Assembly (NCBI GenBank): GCA_949372605.1
Contig: CASIAE010000005.1
Coordinates: forward strand, 10,009 to 74,008
Origin: an uncultured Flavobacteriaceae bacterium
Lineage (GTDB): Bacteria; Bacteroidota; Bacteroidia; Flavobacteriales; Flavobacteriaceae
Direction: 5' to 3'
DNA: 64,000 nucleotides
The notes below the pieces were generated by a model, which did no database searches, had not been told where the DNA came from, and saw only the letters and a program-made list of their open reading frames with translations. Made by a program: the position numbers and the translations under genes. Of the stretch, positions 44,224 through 54,359 are shown in pieces (positions within the stretch are counted from its first letter, which is position 1; each line of letters begins with the position of its first letter).

Positions 44224-46623
44224 GTGTCGAAAACAAAAAAGGAAACCAAGACTAACTTTTGGGGAGCCTTTGCAAATCTAATTCTCAGGAATCGAATACT
44301 AATTTTAATTGTACTCGCATTTGCTACTGCATTTTGGATCACTCAATGGAAGTATATGCAGTTTACTTTTTCAGAAGCTAATCTCCTTCCTGACAATCAT
44401 ACGGAAAACATCATTTATGACGAATTTATCGACATCTTTGGTGAGGAAGGAAACCTAATCGTAATTGCAGTTAAAGACACAACCTTCTTTAACAAAGATA
44501 AATTCAATAAGTGGAACGCGTTTAATCAAAGCATTAACGATTTTCCTGAAGTTGATTTCATTCTTTCAGTCAAAAATATTCAGGAATTGGTAAAGGACGA
44601 GGCTAAAAAACAGTTCCAAATAAAACCTGTTTTTGAAAACGAAATCTTTAATGAAAAATCCATTGATCAACTAAAGGAAAAGCTTTTTTTAGAGCTTCCA
44701 TTCTACGAAAACATTCTTTATAGCAAGGACAAAAAAACAATTCGAACGGCGATTTATTTAGACAAAGAAATCGTAAACACTGCACAAAGAAAAAATTTTA
44801 TATTCAAAACTTTCATCCCGCTTGTAGAGTCATTTGAGGAAAAAACCGGATTGGATGTAAAGGTTTCAGGCATGCCCTACATCAGGACTCTGAATGCGCA
44901 AAATATTGTCGATGAAATCGGACTTTTTGTAATCTCTGCAATGTTACTGACCACCCTTATATTCTTCTTGTTCTTTCGTTCGTATCGTGCAACTTTTATT
45001 TCAATGTTTGTTGTGGTCATTGGCGTTATGTGGGCCTTTGGAATTTTAGGTTGGTCGGGTTATCAAATCACCGTATTGACCGCTCTGATCCCCCCCCTAA
45101 TAATCGTAATTGGAATTCCGAACTGCATCTTCCTAATTAACAAATACCAACAAGAAGTTGCTAAACACGGCAACAAGGCAAAATCATTACATCGGGTAAT
45201 TGTGAAAATCGGCAATGCAACCTTAATGACCAATCTGACAACAGCTTCAGGGTTTGCAACCTTTATTCTAACAGATAGTAAAATTTTAAAAGAATTTGGA
45301 ATAGTAGCCTCCATCAATATTATCGCAATTTTTATTTTGTCGTTGTTAATTATTCCAATAGTTTATAGCTTTATGAATCGGCCCAATGAAAAGCATCTAA
45401 AACATCTTAGCAACACTTATATTAAAAGTTTTGTTGGCTGGATGGAGAGCAAAGTGAAACACAAAAGAATCAATGTTTACATAATATCGCTTTTAAGTTT
45501 AGTTTTTGGTATTATCGGAATTTATCAAATAAATATTTCAGGAAGCATTATTGAAGATATGCCAAAAAAATCTACTTTTTTTCAAGATATTCTATTCTTT
45601 GATAAAGAATTCAATGGAATCGTACCCATAGAAATCATGATAAACACCAAAAGAAAAGGTGGAGCCAATAGACTCACAACCCTGAAGCGGATGAATCAAC
45701 TGGAAAAGCACATTAAAGACATCCCGGAGCTTTCTCCGCCTATTTCCTCAGTGAATGGATTAAAATTTATTAAACAAGCTTATTACAACGGAAACCCCAA
45801 TTATTATAAAATTCCAACGTTTCAAGAAAACACTTTCATTTTAGAATATTTAAAAAATGCAGAACAGTCTAAAAATTTAATGAGAAATTATGTTGACAAG
45901 ACGATGCAATACACGAGAATGACGACCTTCATGCGAGACATCAAAACAGATCGGATGGAAGCCATTGAAGCGGATCTTTTAAAACAGATTAATAAAATTT
46001 TCCCCCCAGATCGTTATGAAGTAAGAATGACTGGAAAATCTTTATTGTACCTTAAAGGAACTCATTATTTAATCAAGAATCTGATCCTTTCTTTGTCCCT
46101 TGCCATTTTGTTGATCGCAATTTTTATGGCCTATCTGTTTAGGTCTTTCAAAATGATTGTCATTTCTTTAATTCCAAACCTATTGCCGTTAATCATCACT
46201 GCTGGAGTAATGGGATTCACTGGCATCCCATTAAAACCGTCAACAATCCTAGTCTTTAGTATCGCCTTTGGAATATCGGTAGATGACACCATTCATTTTT
46301 TGGCAAAGTACCGGCAAGAACTCATTGAGAATAATTGGAGAATAAAAACTGCTGTTTACGCTGCCTTAAGAGAAACTGGCATTAGCATATTCTACACCTC
46401 CATTGTTTTGTTCTTTGGATTCGCGGTGTTTATGACCTCAAATTTTGGAGGAACCGTAGCACTTGGAGGGTTGGTTTCTGTTACACTTTTGTTTGCGATG
46501 TTGGCCAATTTAATTCTCTTACCCTCCCTTTTGATTTCTCTAGAAGACACCATGAGTAATGAAAAGGTGATGAAAGAACCTAAGTTCAATATTATTTCCG
46601 AAGACACAGACAAAAAACCCTAA
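44224..46623 (+). CDS. MMPL/RND-superfamily (SSD-containing) membrane transporter
   Basis: 799 aa with two 6-TM bundles, each preceded by a large loop. GTG start. Confidence 0.8.
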   Translation: MSKTKKETKTNFWGAFANLILRNRILILIVLAFATAFWITQWKYMQFTFSEANLLPDNHTENIIYDEFIDIFGEEGNLIVIAVKDTTFFNKDKFNKWNAFNQSINDFPEVDFILSVKNIQELVKDEAKKQFQIKPVFENEIFNEKSIDQLKEKLFLELPFYENILYSKDKKTIRTAIYLDKEIVNTAQRKNFIFKTFIPLVESFEEKTGLDVKVSGMPYIRTLNAQNIVDEIGLFVISAMLLTTLIFFLFFRSYRATFISMFVVVIGVMWAFGILGWSGYQITVLTALIPPLIIVIGIPNCIFLINKYQQEVAKHGNKAKSLHRVIVKIGNATLMTNLTTASGFATFILTDSKILKEFGIVASINIIAIFILSLLIIPIVYSFMNRPNEKHLKHLSNTYIKSFVGWMESKVKHKRINVYIISLLSLVFGIIGIYQINISGSIIEDMPKKSTFFQDILFFDKEFNGIVPIEIMINTKRKGGANRLTTLKRMNQLEKHIKDIPELSPPISSVNGLKFIKQAYYNGNPNYYKIPTFQENTFILEYLKNAEQSKNLMRNYVDKTMQYTRMTTFMRDIKTDRMEAIEADLLKQINKIFPPDRYEVRMTGKSLLYLKGTHYLIKNLILSLSLAILLIAIFMAYLFRSFKMIVISLIPNLLPLIITAGVMGFTGIPLKPSTILVFSIAFGISVDDTIHFLAKYRQELIENNWRIKTAVYAALRETGISIFYTSIVLFFGFAVFMTSNFGGTVALGGLVSVTLLFAMLANLILLPSLLISLEDTMSNEKVMKEPKFNIISEDTDKKP

Positions 46624-46668
46624 GTAGATTTTGGAAATAAGCATATCTTTACATGAAAATACATTTCC

Positions 46669-48102
46669 ATGTCCATCATTCGATTAGTAGATCTATTGAA
46701 AAATCCTGAGATTAACAAAGAAGTTCATGTAAATGGTTGGATACGAACCTTTCGTGCCAACCGATTCATTGCGCTTAATGATGGCTCAACTATAGAAAAC
46801 CTGCAATGTGTAGTAGACTTTGATAAAACAGAAGAAAGTCTATTAAAAAAAATTAACACTGGAGCAGCCGTGAAAATCAGGGGGAAACTTGTTGAGAGTA
46901 TGGGAAAGGGGCAAAGTGTTGAGATCATTGTGGAAGACATTGAAATTATAGGAGAAGCAGATCCTGAAACTTATCCCATTCAGCCTAAAAAACACAGCTT
47001 TGAATTTTTAAGAGAAAAAGCACATTTAAGAGTTCGCACTGTAACTTTCAGTTCGGTAATGAGAATTCGATCGGTACTCTCATTTGCAATACATCAATTT
47101 TTCCAAGATAAGGGCTTTATAAATGTTCACACTCCAATTATCACAGGAAGTGATGCAGAAGGTGCTGGAGAAATGTTTAGAGTCAGTGTTTTGGATGCTA
47201 AAAATCCACCTTTAAAAGATTCTGGAGAAGTTAATTATAAAGAAGATTTTTTTGGAAAAGAAACCAACTTAACAGTTTCGGGACAATTGGAAGCCGAAGC
47301 TTATGCGCTAGCCATGGGAAAAGTTTATACTTTTGGACCAACATTTCGTGCTGAAAACTCTAATACTACGAGACACTTGGCTGAGTTTTGGATGATTGAA
47401 CCCGAAATGGCATTCTGTGATCTTAATGAAAATATGGATTTGGCTGAAGAATTCATAAAATCTACTTTGAAATATATTTTAGAAAAATGCCCTAAGGATC
47501 TTGAATTTCTAGACAAGCGTCTCGCAGATGAGGAGAAAACAAAACCTCAAAACATGAGGAGTGAAATGGGGCTTATAGAAAAAATTAAATTCGTTGTTGA
47601 AAATGATTTTAAAAAAGTTTCCTATACTGAGGCCATCGAAATTCTCAAGAACTCAAAACCTAATAAGAAAAAGAAATTCGGTTATATAATTGACGAATGG
47701 GGAGCTGATTTACAAAGTGAGCACGAACGCTTTTTAGTTGAAAAACATTTTAAAGCACCAGTAATCTTGTTTGACTATCCCGCAAAAATAAAAGCATTTT
47801 ACATGCGAATGAATGACGATCAAAAGACTGTTCGCGCGATGGATATACTTTTCCCTGGAATTGGTGAGATCGTTGGTGGATCGGAACGTGAGGAGCGATT
47901 AGACGTTCTTGAAAAAAGAATTGAAGAACTGGGTGTTGATGCTGAAGAGTTGTGGTGGTACCTCGACTTAAGACGTTTTGGAACTACATCTCACAGTGGA
48001 TTTGGACTTGGATTTGAACGCTTGGTTCTCTTTGCAACAGGAATGAATAATATCCGCGATGTGATTCCATTCCCGCGCACCCCGCAAAATGCATCTTTCT
48101 GA
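46669..48102 (+). CDS. asnS: Asparagine--tRNA ligase
   Basis: N-terminal OB fold and class II motifs (FRAENSNTTRHLAEFWMIEPE, GFGLGFERL). Confidence 0.95.
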   Translation: MSIIRLVDLLKNPEINKEVHVNGWIRTFRANRFIALNDGSTIENLQCVVDFDKTEESLLKKINTGAAVKIRGKLVESMGKGQSVEIIVEDIEIIGEADPETYPIQPKKHSFEFLREKAHLRVRTVTFSSVMRIRSVLSFAIHQFFQDKGFINVHTPIITGSDAEGAGEMFRVSVLDAKNPPLKDSGEVNYKEDFFGKETNLTVSGQLEAEAYALAMGKVYTFGPTFRAENSNTTRHLAEFWMIEPEMAFCDLNENMDLAEEFIKSTLKYILEKCPKDLEFLDKRLADEEKTKPQNMRSEMGLIEKIKFVVENDFKKVSYTEAIEILKNSKPNKKKKFGYIIDEWGADLQSEHERFLVEKHFKAPVILFDYPAKIKAFYMRMNDDQKTVRAMDILFPGIGEIVGGSEREERLDVLEKRIEELGVDAEELWWYLDLRRFGTTSHSGFGLGFERLVLFATGMNNIRDVIPFPRTPQNASF

Positions 48103-48154
48103 TGAAAATAATTAAGCATACTTTTTTATATCTTTATAAGATAGAAAAGTAACC

Positions 48155-49606
48155 ATGCTAAAACAACAGATTCAAATAAAGCTTTCTCAAAAACTGTCTC
48201 CACAACAGATTCAGTTAATGAAACTTATCCAGTTGTCAACACAAGAACTGGAGCAACGGATTCAAGCTGAAATTGGTGAAAATCCAGCGCTAGATAACGG
48301 AAAAGAAATTGATGAATCTGGAGTTAGTCTAGAAGAGGATAACCCTGAATATAGCGAAGACAACATTGACATTCAAGACATTGATATTGATGCTTATTTA
48401 AGTGATGATGAAATTCCTAGTTATCGTTTTCAATCCAACAATCAATCGTCTAACAATGAGGAAAAATCAATGCCTTTCTCTGGAAAAATTAGTTTTCATG
48501 AATATTTAGAAAATCAACTTCAAAATTTAATTCTAAACGATTTTGAAAAACCAATTGCTGAGTTTCTCATTGGAAGCATCGACGGCAGTGGTTACCTTAG
48601 AAGGTCCGATGAAGAAATTATAGATGACTTGGCTTTTACAGAGAACATCGTCCTGTCGAAAGAGGAACTGAATATGGTGCTAAAAAAAATTCAATCTTTA
48701 GATCCTCCGGGAGTCGCGGCACGTTCTCTTCAAGAATGTCTTTCGCTTCAGTTAGAAAGAAAAACTAAAGATAGACCCACCATTAAAATTGCCAAGTCTG
48801 TCATTGACAACGGTTTCGAAGAGTTTTCTAGAAAGCATTATAACAAACTTCAAGACAGATTTCAACTAACTGAAGGAAAATTAAGATCAGTTTTTGATGA
48901 AATCTCTAAGTTAAATCCCAAGCCAGGAGGTGCCCTCTCAGATTACAGTCAAAACAATCATATTTTACCCGATTTCACTTTACTCATTGAAAATGGAGAA
49001 TTAAAAGTTACACTAAATCGAAGAAATGCCCCTGAGCTTCATATCTCTAATAATTATAAAGAAATGCTTACTGGGTATTCTCAAGACCCGAATAAGTCCA
49101 AACCTCAGCAAGAAGCAATACAATTTATAAAACAAAAATTGGACTCGGCGAAATGGTTCATCGATGCGATTGAACAAAGGCATCAAACCCTATACATGAC
49201 AATCAATGCAATTGTTTCATATCAAAAGGAATATTTCCTAACTGGGGACGAACATCGACTTAAGCCCATGATCCTCAAAGATATTGCAGATATAATTAAA
49301 ATGGATATTTCAACGGTCTCTCGTGTTGCTAACAGCAAATACATAGACACCCCTTATGGAGTGATGTTATTAAAAAGCTTGTTTTCGGAAGGAATGAAAA
49401 ATGACGAGGGCGAAGATGTCTCCACCATTGAGATTAAAAATATTTTGGGAAAGTTAATTTCTAAGGAAGATAAAAAAAGCCCTCTTGCTGATCAAGCCCT
49501 TTCTTCACTTCTAAAAGAAAAAGGATTCAGTGTTGCAAGAAGAACTGTGGCAAAATACAGAGAGCAATTGGACATCCCGGTTGCTAGACTTCGAAAATCT
49601 ATTTAA
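48155..49606 (+). CDS. rpoN: RNA polymerase sigma-54 factor
   Basis: Gln-rich N-terminus, an acidic linker and the C-terminal RpoN box ARRTVAKYRE. Confidence 0.95.
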   Translation: MLKQQIQIKLSQKLSPQQIQLMKLIQLSTQELEQRIQAEIGENPALDNGKEIDESGVSLEEDNPEYSEDNIDIQDIDIDAYLSDDEIPSYRFQSNNQSSNNEEKSMPFSGKISFHEYLENQLQNLILNDFEKPIAEFLIGSIDGSGYLRRSDEEIIDDLAFTENIVLSKEELNMVLKKIQSLDPPGVAARSLQECLSLQLERKTKDRPTIKIAKSVIDNGFEEFSRKHYNKLQDRFQLTEGKLRSVFDEISKLNPKPGGALSDYSQNNHILPDFTLLIENGELKVTLNRRNAPELHISNNYKEMLTGYSQDPNKSKPQQEAIQFIKQKLDSAKWFIDAIEQRHQTLYMTINAIVSYQKEYFLTGDEHRLKPMILKDIADIIKMDISTVSRVANSKYIDTPYGVMLLKSLFSEGMKNDEGEDVSTIEIKNILGKLISKEDKKSPLADQALSSLLKEKGFSVARRTVAKYREQLDIPVARLRKSI

Positions 49607-49607
49607 A

Positions 49608-50273
49608 TTATAATAGGTAAAAAATCAATCCAACTTTTAGTGCTCTCACATCCAATTTGGTTCCATCAGAAAGTGAAAATTCTGATTTATATATTAAGTC
49701 TAAATCATATTCAAAATACAAATTCCAAGTATTATACCCCATACTCAGATATAAGGAGCTGATGTTTTTATTTATCATATTGGTTTGCAATTTACCATCG
49801 ATGGGAGATTCAAACTTTTGATTAAAATTGTGACTGTATTTTACACCTCCATATACTCTCCAAAAAGCAGTTTCTGTGAATGTTGAAGTTCTCCAACGAA
49901 ATTCGAGTGGAAAAGTGATCGATGAATAAGTGAGTTTGTTTTTCGAATCATTCAACTGAGAAAGATTCAGATCATTGTTTAAGTTTTCAACTAGGTTTAA
50001 ATTGGAATTAAAATGAGTGAAGCCATAACCTAAACCAATCCCTAGTGAAAAATTTCCTTTTGAATTTAAATGTATGTCACGAATAAACCCTAATTGAAAA
50101 TAATTTGAAAATCCATTTTGTTTAAATTCGGGGATTCCTTGATCTTGAATCGCTAATGAAAATCCAATGTAAAACTGATCCTCACGGTATTTGTCTATAC
50201 CATCTACTTGTTGCGAATAGGCAAAAAAAGCAAGTAAATAAAAAAAAGTTAAAAAATAAAAAGAACGGTTCAT
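49608..50273 (-). CDS. Outer-membrane beta-barrel (porin family) protein
   Basis: Signal peptide MNRSFYFLTFFYLLAFFAYSQQ, followed by alternating-hydrophobicity strands rich in G/Y/F/N. Start moved to ATG 50273 because the listed N-terminal extension runs through a terminator hairpin. Confidence 0.65.
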   Translation of the reverse strand: MNRSFYFLTFFYLLAFFAYSQQVDGIDKYREDQFYIGFSLAIQDQGIPEFKQNGFSNYFQLGFIRDIHLNSKGNFSLGIGLGYGFTHFNSNLNLVENLNNDLNLSQLNDSKNKLTYSSITFPLEFRWRTSTFTETAFWRVYGGVKYSHNFNQKFESPIDGKLQTNMINKNISSLYLSMGYNTWNLYFEYDLDLIYKSEFSLSDGTKLDVRALKVGLIFYLL

Positions 50274-50327
50274 TTTAAAATTAAATCGATAAAAGATAAA
50301 GTTAACGCTAAACATTAAAAAAATGAT

Positions 50328-50351
50328 AAAAAAAAAGTGCCCCAAGGGCAC
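50328..50351 (-). terminator. Rho-independent terminator after the exbD operon
   Basis: On the minus strand: GTGCCC-TTG-GGGCAC followed by a run of 9 T (plus-strand A run 50328-50336, stem 50337-50351). Lies 24 nt after the exbD stop. Confidence 0.65.
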
Positions 50352-50374
50352 TTTTAACAGTTTTAAAAAAATAA

Positions 50375-50857
50375 TTAATCACGATTTTGAGTATAATTCC
50401 CAATACGTGTTGTATAATTAATTTTCAATGCATTCACTTTACGCAGTTCTTGCTTGATATCTGTTATTAAGCCCATTTTTGTATCACCATCAACCTTAAG
50501 TGAAGTCGTTAATACATTTTGAAGTTCTTGACGCTTAGTGGCGCGCTCAGCGAGAACGAAAGCAGCTACTTCTGAAACCGTTGCAAACTTATCATTGAGC
50601 TGAATTCTAGGCTGTGATCCATATTTGTCAGTATATCTAGAAGAAGGTTCTCCTGCATAAATATACATGACACGATCTTTCTTGTCTAATTTCTGGATTT
50701 GATCGGCGGCAGGCAATTTGTTTTTCACCATCAGGGTACTGTCCCGCATTACCGTTGCTACCATAAAAAAGAATAGCAACATAAAGACAATATCCGGTAA
50801 AGATGCCGTAGATATTACGGGTAATTCGCCTCCTTTTTTCTTTTTAAACTTTGACAT
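50375..50857 (-). CDS. exbD: ExbD/TolR family biopolymer transport protein
   Basis: N-terminal TM with LPDIVFMLLFFFMV, plus a periplasmic domain. Confidence 0.85.
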   Translation of the reverse strand: MSKFKKKKGGELPVISTASLPDIVFMLLFFFMVATVMRDSTLMVKNKLPAADQIQKLDKKDRVMYIYAGEPSSRYTDKYGSQPRIQLNDKFATVSEVAAFVLAERATKRQELQNVLTTSLKVDGDTKMGLITDIKQELRKVNALKINYTTRIGNYTQNRD

Positions 50858-50865
50858 TTCTAGTT

Positions 50866-51492
50866 TTAATTTTTGTTTTTACTTGGTTCTGCTTCAGATA
50901 GTTTTTGAGGAAACATTTCCTTAACTACATTGAGCTTGAGCTTGAGGCGATTTTTTTGATCGGGAGACGTTCTGGGATCCGAATACATCTTGGAGGCTTC
51001 AACAAAAGTTAAACCATCATTGGGATTCAGTCTCATAAATTCTCTATCTCTGAGGTCATTATAAGCAGCTACCAACTCATTTTGAACAGAAATATAAACT
51101 TTATAAGAAGTTTCTCTATCGTTTTTAAGAGAAATAATTGCTTTTACAGGATTATCAGAAGATTTTGGATCTCCAGGTCCTTGGCAAAAGTTACATGCAT
51201 CTTCACCTTCTCCTCCTCCATTGTCGAGGAATTCAACGGCCAATGAACGCAAGTCTTCAATACTGGTCAATTCTTCTTCGACTAATAATTGATTGTATTT
51301 GTTCACAACCACAGTGAAGATATTTTTCTGCTTAATAATCGGTGGATCTTCAATATCCTCCATGGGAGGAAGCTTTCTGTTAATTCCGCTATCGGTTTCT
51401 ATGGTAGTGGTAACTAAAAAGAAAATCAATAACAGAAAAGCAATGTCCGCCATAGAGCCCGCGTTAACTTCGGGTGCTGAACGTTTGGCCAT
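50866..51492 (-). CDS. exbD: ExbD/TolR family biopolymer transport protein (long form)
   Basis: MADIAFLLLIFFLVTT TM motif and an extended periplasmic domain. Confidence 0.8.
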   Translation of the reverse strand: MAKRSAPEVNAGSMADIAFLLLIFFLVTTTIETDSGINRKLPPMEDIEDPPIIKQKNIFTVVVNKYNQLLVEEELTSIEDLRSLAVEFLDNGGGEGEDACNFCQGPGDPKSSDNPVKAIISLKNDRETSYKVYISVQNELVAAYNDLRDREFMRLNPNDGLTFVEASKMYSDPRTSPDQKNRLKLKLNVVKEMFPQKLSEAEPSKNKN

Positions 51493-51498
51493 AATTGG

Positions 51499-51948
51499 TT
51501 ATTTTTTAATGATTCTTTTTAATCCAGAAGCCAACATTAGACTAATGGCAATAATTGCCAAGAGGTAAAACATTCGAATTCCAGTACCTACCCATTTGGA
51601 TGCGTTTGCTGATAAAAACTCTCCATCTTTCATTGGTGTTTCCACACCTTCAGAAAAGGCATAAGAAATTAAAAGTACAAGGGCAAAAAATCCAATAGAT
51701 AAAGCTGCTTTTTTCAGTTTTTCTTTATCAGAAAACAAGCCTTTAATTGTAAATATCATGGTAATCCCTATGGTGAGATACAATATCACTTTTGCAAGCT
51801 CTACCAATGGAGATACGACGCCGTAATCGCCCATCGAAGCTGCTAGTTTAATGTCATCATCTCCTGCCCCAAGTATTCTAAGAAGGAAAATCCCTCCGAG
51901 AACACCCAACAAGGCGCTAATAATTTTGACTATATTTTGAAGTTTCAT
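51499..51948 (-). CDS. Hypothetical 4-TM membrane protein embedded between exbB and exbD
   Basis: 149 aa with four hydrophobic helices. Intergenic gaps of 25 and 6 nt within the exb operon. Confidence 0.6.
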   Translation of the reverse strand: MKLQNIVKIISALLGVLGGIFLLRILGAGDDDIKLAASMGDYGVVSPLVELAKVILYLTIGITMIFTIKGLFSDKEKLKKAALSIGFFALVLLISYAFSEGVETPMKDGEFLSANASKWVGTGIRMFYLLAIIAISLMLASGLKRIIKK

Positions 51949-51973
51949 ATGCTTCTAATTAGGTTGTAAGTTT

Positions 51974-52807
51974 TTATTTCTTTTGAGCTACGAGAATATC
52001 AATCAAAGTGATTGAAGCATCTTCCATATCATTCACAATACTATCAATCTTTGCAATAATGTAATTGTAAAAAATCTGTAGGATAATCGCAACAATCAAT
52101 CCAAATACCGTAGTCAAAAGTGCAACTTTAATACCACCTGCAACAAGTGAAGGCTGCATATCACCGGCAGCTTCAATTTTATCAAAGGCCTGAATCATTC
52201 CGATTACAGTTCCCATGAAACCAAGCATTGGCGCCAATGCGATGAATAATGAAATCCACGATACATTTTTCTCTAGCTGTCCCATCTGAACACCTCCGTA
52301 AGCTACAACTGCTTTCTCAGCGCTCTCAACACCTTCGTTAGCACGATCTAAACCTTGGTAGAAAATAGAAGCAACAGGTCCTTTTGTGTCTCTACAAAGT
52401 TCTTTAGCAGCCTCAACTCCTCCAGAAGCCAAAGCTTCCTCTACGCCGCTCGTAAGTTTTTGCGTGTTGGTTGTTGCAAGATTAAGATAAATGATACGTT
52501 CGATGGCGATTGCCAATCCAAGAATCAAACAAATCAATACAATCCCCATAAAACCTGGACCTCCCTCAATAAATCTCTTCTTTAATTCTTGAGTAAAAGA
52601 AACTTCAACTGGTGCTTCAGCCTGAGCTTCTTCAACTATAGCAGCAGGTGATTCTTCAACAACTGGGATTTCTTCCATAACGGCTTCTTGTTGATCTACT
52701 TCATCCTGTAGGATGTTAACGTTAATTGTACTGGCATAAGTCGATGTTTGGGATATTAGAATCCCAAAAAAGCTTAGGGCAAAAAATAATTTTCTCATTT
52801 TAATCAA
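51974..52807 (-). CDS. exbB: MotA/TolQ/ExbB proton channel protein with an acidic N-terminal extension
   Basis: A signal-like N-terminus and an E/A/V-rich segment. C-terminal TM helices with the APMLGFMGTVIGMI motif. Confidence 0.85.
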   Translation of the reverse strand: MIKMRKLFFALSFFGILISQTSTYASTINVNILQDEVDQQEAVMEEIPVVEESPAAIVEEAQAEAPVEVSFTQELKKRFIEGGPGFMGIVLICLILGLAIAIERIIYLNLATTNTQKLTSGVEEALASGGVEAAKELCRDTKGPVASIFYQGLDRANEGVESAEKAVVAYGGVQMGQLEKNVSWISLFIALAPMLGFMGTVIGMIQAFDKIEAAGDMQPSLVAGGIKVALLTTVFGLIVAIILQIFYNYIIAKIDSIVNDMEDASITLIDILVAQKK

Positions 52808-52874
52808 AGGTTTTGTTCTAAATGTTTTTAATGTCTAAAGATAAAAAAAAATACATACGATTGTATTTTTTTTG

Positions 52875-52962
52875 CAGAGAGGAAGGGATTCGAACCCTCG
52901 ATACGCTTTTGGCGTATACACGCTTTCCAAGCGTGCGCCTTCGACCACTCGGCCACCTCTCT
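52875..52962 (-). tRNA. tRNA-Ser (anticodon GGA), class II with a long variable arm; CCA not encoded
   Basis: Reverse complement: AGAGAGG-TG-GCCGAGTGGTCGAAGGC-GCACGC-TTGGAAA-GCGTG-(variable arm TATACGCCAAAAGCGTATC)-GAGGGTTCGAATCCCTT-CCTCTCT-G. The acceptor stem AGAGAGG/CCTCTCT pairs perfectly, and the anticodon loop TTGGAAA gives GGA. Confidence 0.9.
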
Positions 52963-53075
52963 TTACTTTAGTTTTTAATTCGCATAAATAAACAAAAAAA
53001 AATGTGTCTGTGAAAATTTTAAAACAACAAATATATCATGTAAGACTCTGGTTTTAAGATACTTGGTTATTTTGG

Positions 53076-53843
53076 CTAAATTTTAAATATTGAAAGTGCG
53101 CTATTCGTGGTCATGTCTGCTATTTTTTCGGGAGAAACATGATAAATATCAGCCAGTTTTTGAACCACCTTAATCAAATAACTGCTTTCGTTTCGTTTTC
53201 CGCGATAAGGCACTGGTGCCAAATAGGGTGCATCGGTTTCTAAAACAATAGATTCCAATGGTATTTGATCCAAAAATTGATCAATTTTCCCATTCTTAAA
53301 AGTGACTACGCCACCGATTCCTAGTTTTAAATTAAAACCAAGGGCCCGTTTTGCCTGTTCTAGCGTCCCCGTAAAACAATGAAAAATTCCATTTAAGGAA
53401 TCGTCTCTATGGGATTCCAAAACCTCAAAAACTTCATCAAATGCATCCCGACAATGAATTACTATGGGAAGATTTTTTTCTTTTGCCCATTCAACCTGTA
53501 AGTCAAAAGCGTGTTGTTGCTCTTTTATAAAAGTCTTGTCCCAAAACAAATCGATTCCTATTTCTCCGATGGCGGCAAAAGCACGTTGATCCAAATGTTG
53601 TTTTACATGTGCCAATTCCTCAGCTGCATTTTCTTTGACATGCGAGGGATGTAAGCCCATCATCAACTGAACATGATCTGGATAGGCAGCCTCTAGGTCA
53701 AACATGCGTTGGGTAGAAGCACTGTCTATTGACGGAAGATAAAACTGTTTGATTCCCAAAGCGAGCGCCCGTTGAAAAACAGCACTTCGATCTTCATCAA
53801 ATTCTTCAACATATAAATGAGTATGAGTATCGATCAAATTCAT
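53076..53843 (-). CDS. tatD: TatD family metal-dependent hydrolase
   Basis: IDTHTHL, EIGIDL, HCRDA and ETDAPYL motifs. Confidence 0.9.
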   Translation of the reverse strand: MNLIDTHTHLYVEEFDEDRSAVFQRALALGIKQFYLPSIDSASTQRMFDLEAAYPDHVQLMMGLHPSHVKENAAEELAHVKQHLDQRAFAAIGEIGIDLFWDKTFIKEQQHAFDLQVEWAKEKNLPIVIHCRDAFDEVFEVLESHRDDSLNGIFHCFTGTLEQAKRALGFNLKLGIGGVVTFKNGKIDQFLDQIPLESIVLETDAPYLAPVPYRGKRNESSYLIKVVQKLADIYHVSPEKIADMTTNSALSIFKI

Positions 53844-53951
53844 TTTGTGATTTTATAGGTGTTCCTTTTAAGCACAAAGATAGTTAACTAATAAAAGACG
53901 CTTTAAAATTAATTGGAACAATTACTTTTGTTAGGACCTAATATTCATTCC

Positions 53952-54359
53952 ATGAAAACGAAGCGTTCCGTTTCTATACAATTTACCAAAACACGTCATA
54001 TAATTTGTAAAGCTCATATCAATGGTGTTGCCGCGCAACTGTTAATTGACACGGGAGCTTCTAGTAGCTGTATTCATTCTGAATTACAAGAACATTTTAA
54101 GTTACTCAGAAAAGGAGACACCTTTAATGCGGCTGGGGCAAGCCAAGGAAAAATGAAAGCCGTTCTCACCCGAAAAAGTATACTCCAACTGGGAAGACAT
54201 GAAGTGGGCAAACAAGCGTTTGTATTACTCGACTTATCGCATGTCAATGCAACACTAAAAATGCAGGGAACATTACCCATAGAAGGAATTATAGGTGCTG
54301 ATTTTTTAAAAAAAAATAAAGTTATTATTGATTATCGTAATCGAAAGCTTTCACTATAA
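53952..54359 (+). CDS. Retropepsin-like (clan AA) single-domain aspartic protease
   Basis: LIDTGASSS active-site DTG motif and IIGADFL. About 135 aa. Start taken at ATG 53952 (TTG at 53913 is possible). Confidence 0.7.
   Translation: MKTKRSVSIQFTKTRHIICKAHINGVAAQLLIDTGASSSCIHSELQEHFKLLRKGDTFNAAGASQGKMKAVLTRKSILQLGRHEVGKQAFVLLDLSHVNATLKMQGTLPIEGIIGADFLKKNKVIIDYRNRKLSL

Noticed and set aside
50274-50351. N-terminal 26 residues (MPLGHFFFIIFLMFSVNFIFYRFNFK) of the listed ORF 49608..50351
   Set aside because: This extension is the read-through of the GTGCCC-TTG-GGGCAC-T9 terminator of the exbD operon. A proper signal peptide begins at the internal Met (50273).
52841-52874. A/T-flanked hairpin ATACA-N6-TGTAT between tRNA-Ser and exbB, as a possible terminator
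   Set aside because: The stem is only 5 bp and entirely AT-rich apart from one G-C pair. That is too weak to call a terminator from sequence alone.
53881-53890. A 10-bp palindrome TAGTTAACTA between tatD and the aspartic protease gene
   Set aside because: It is a short, AT-rich, isolated palindrome with no partner sites, so it has no basis for a functional call.
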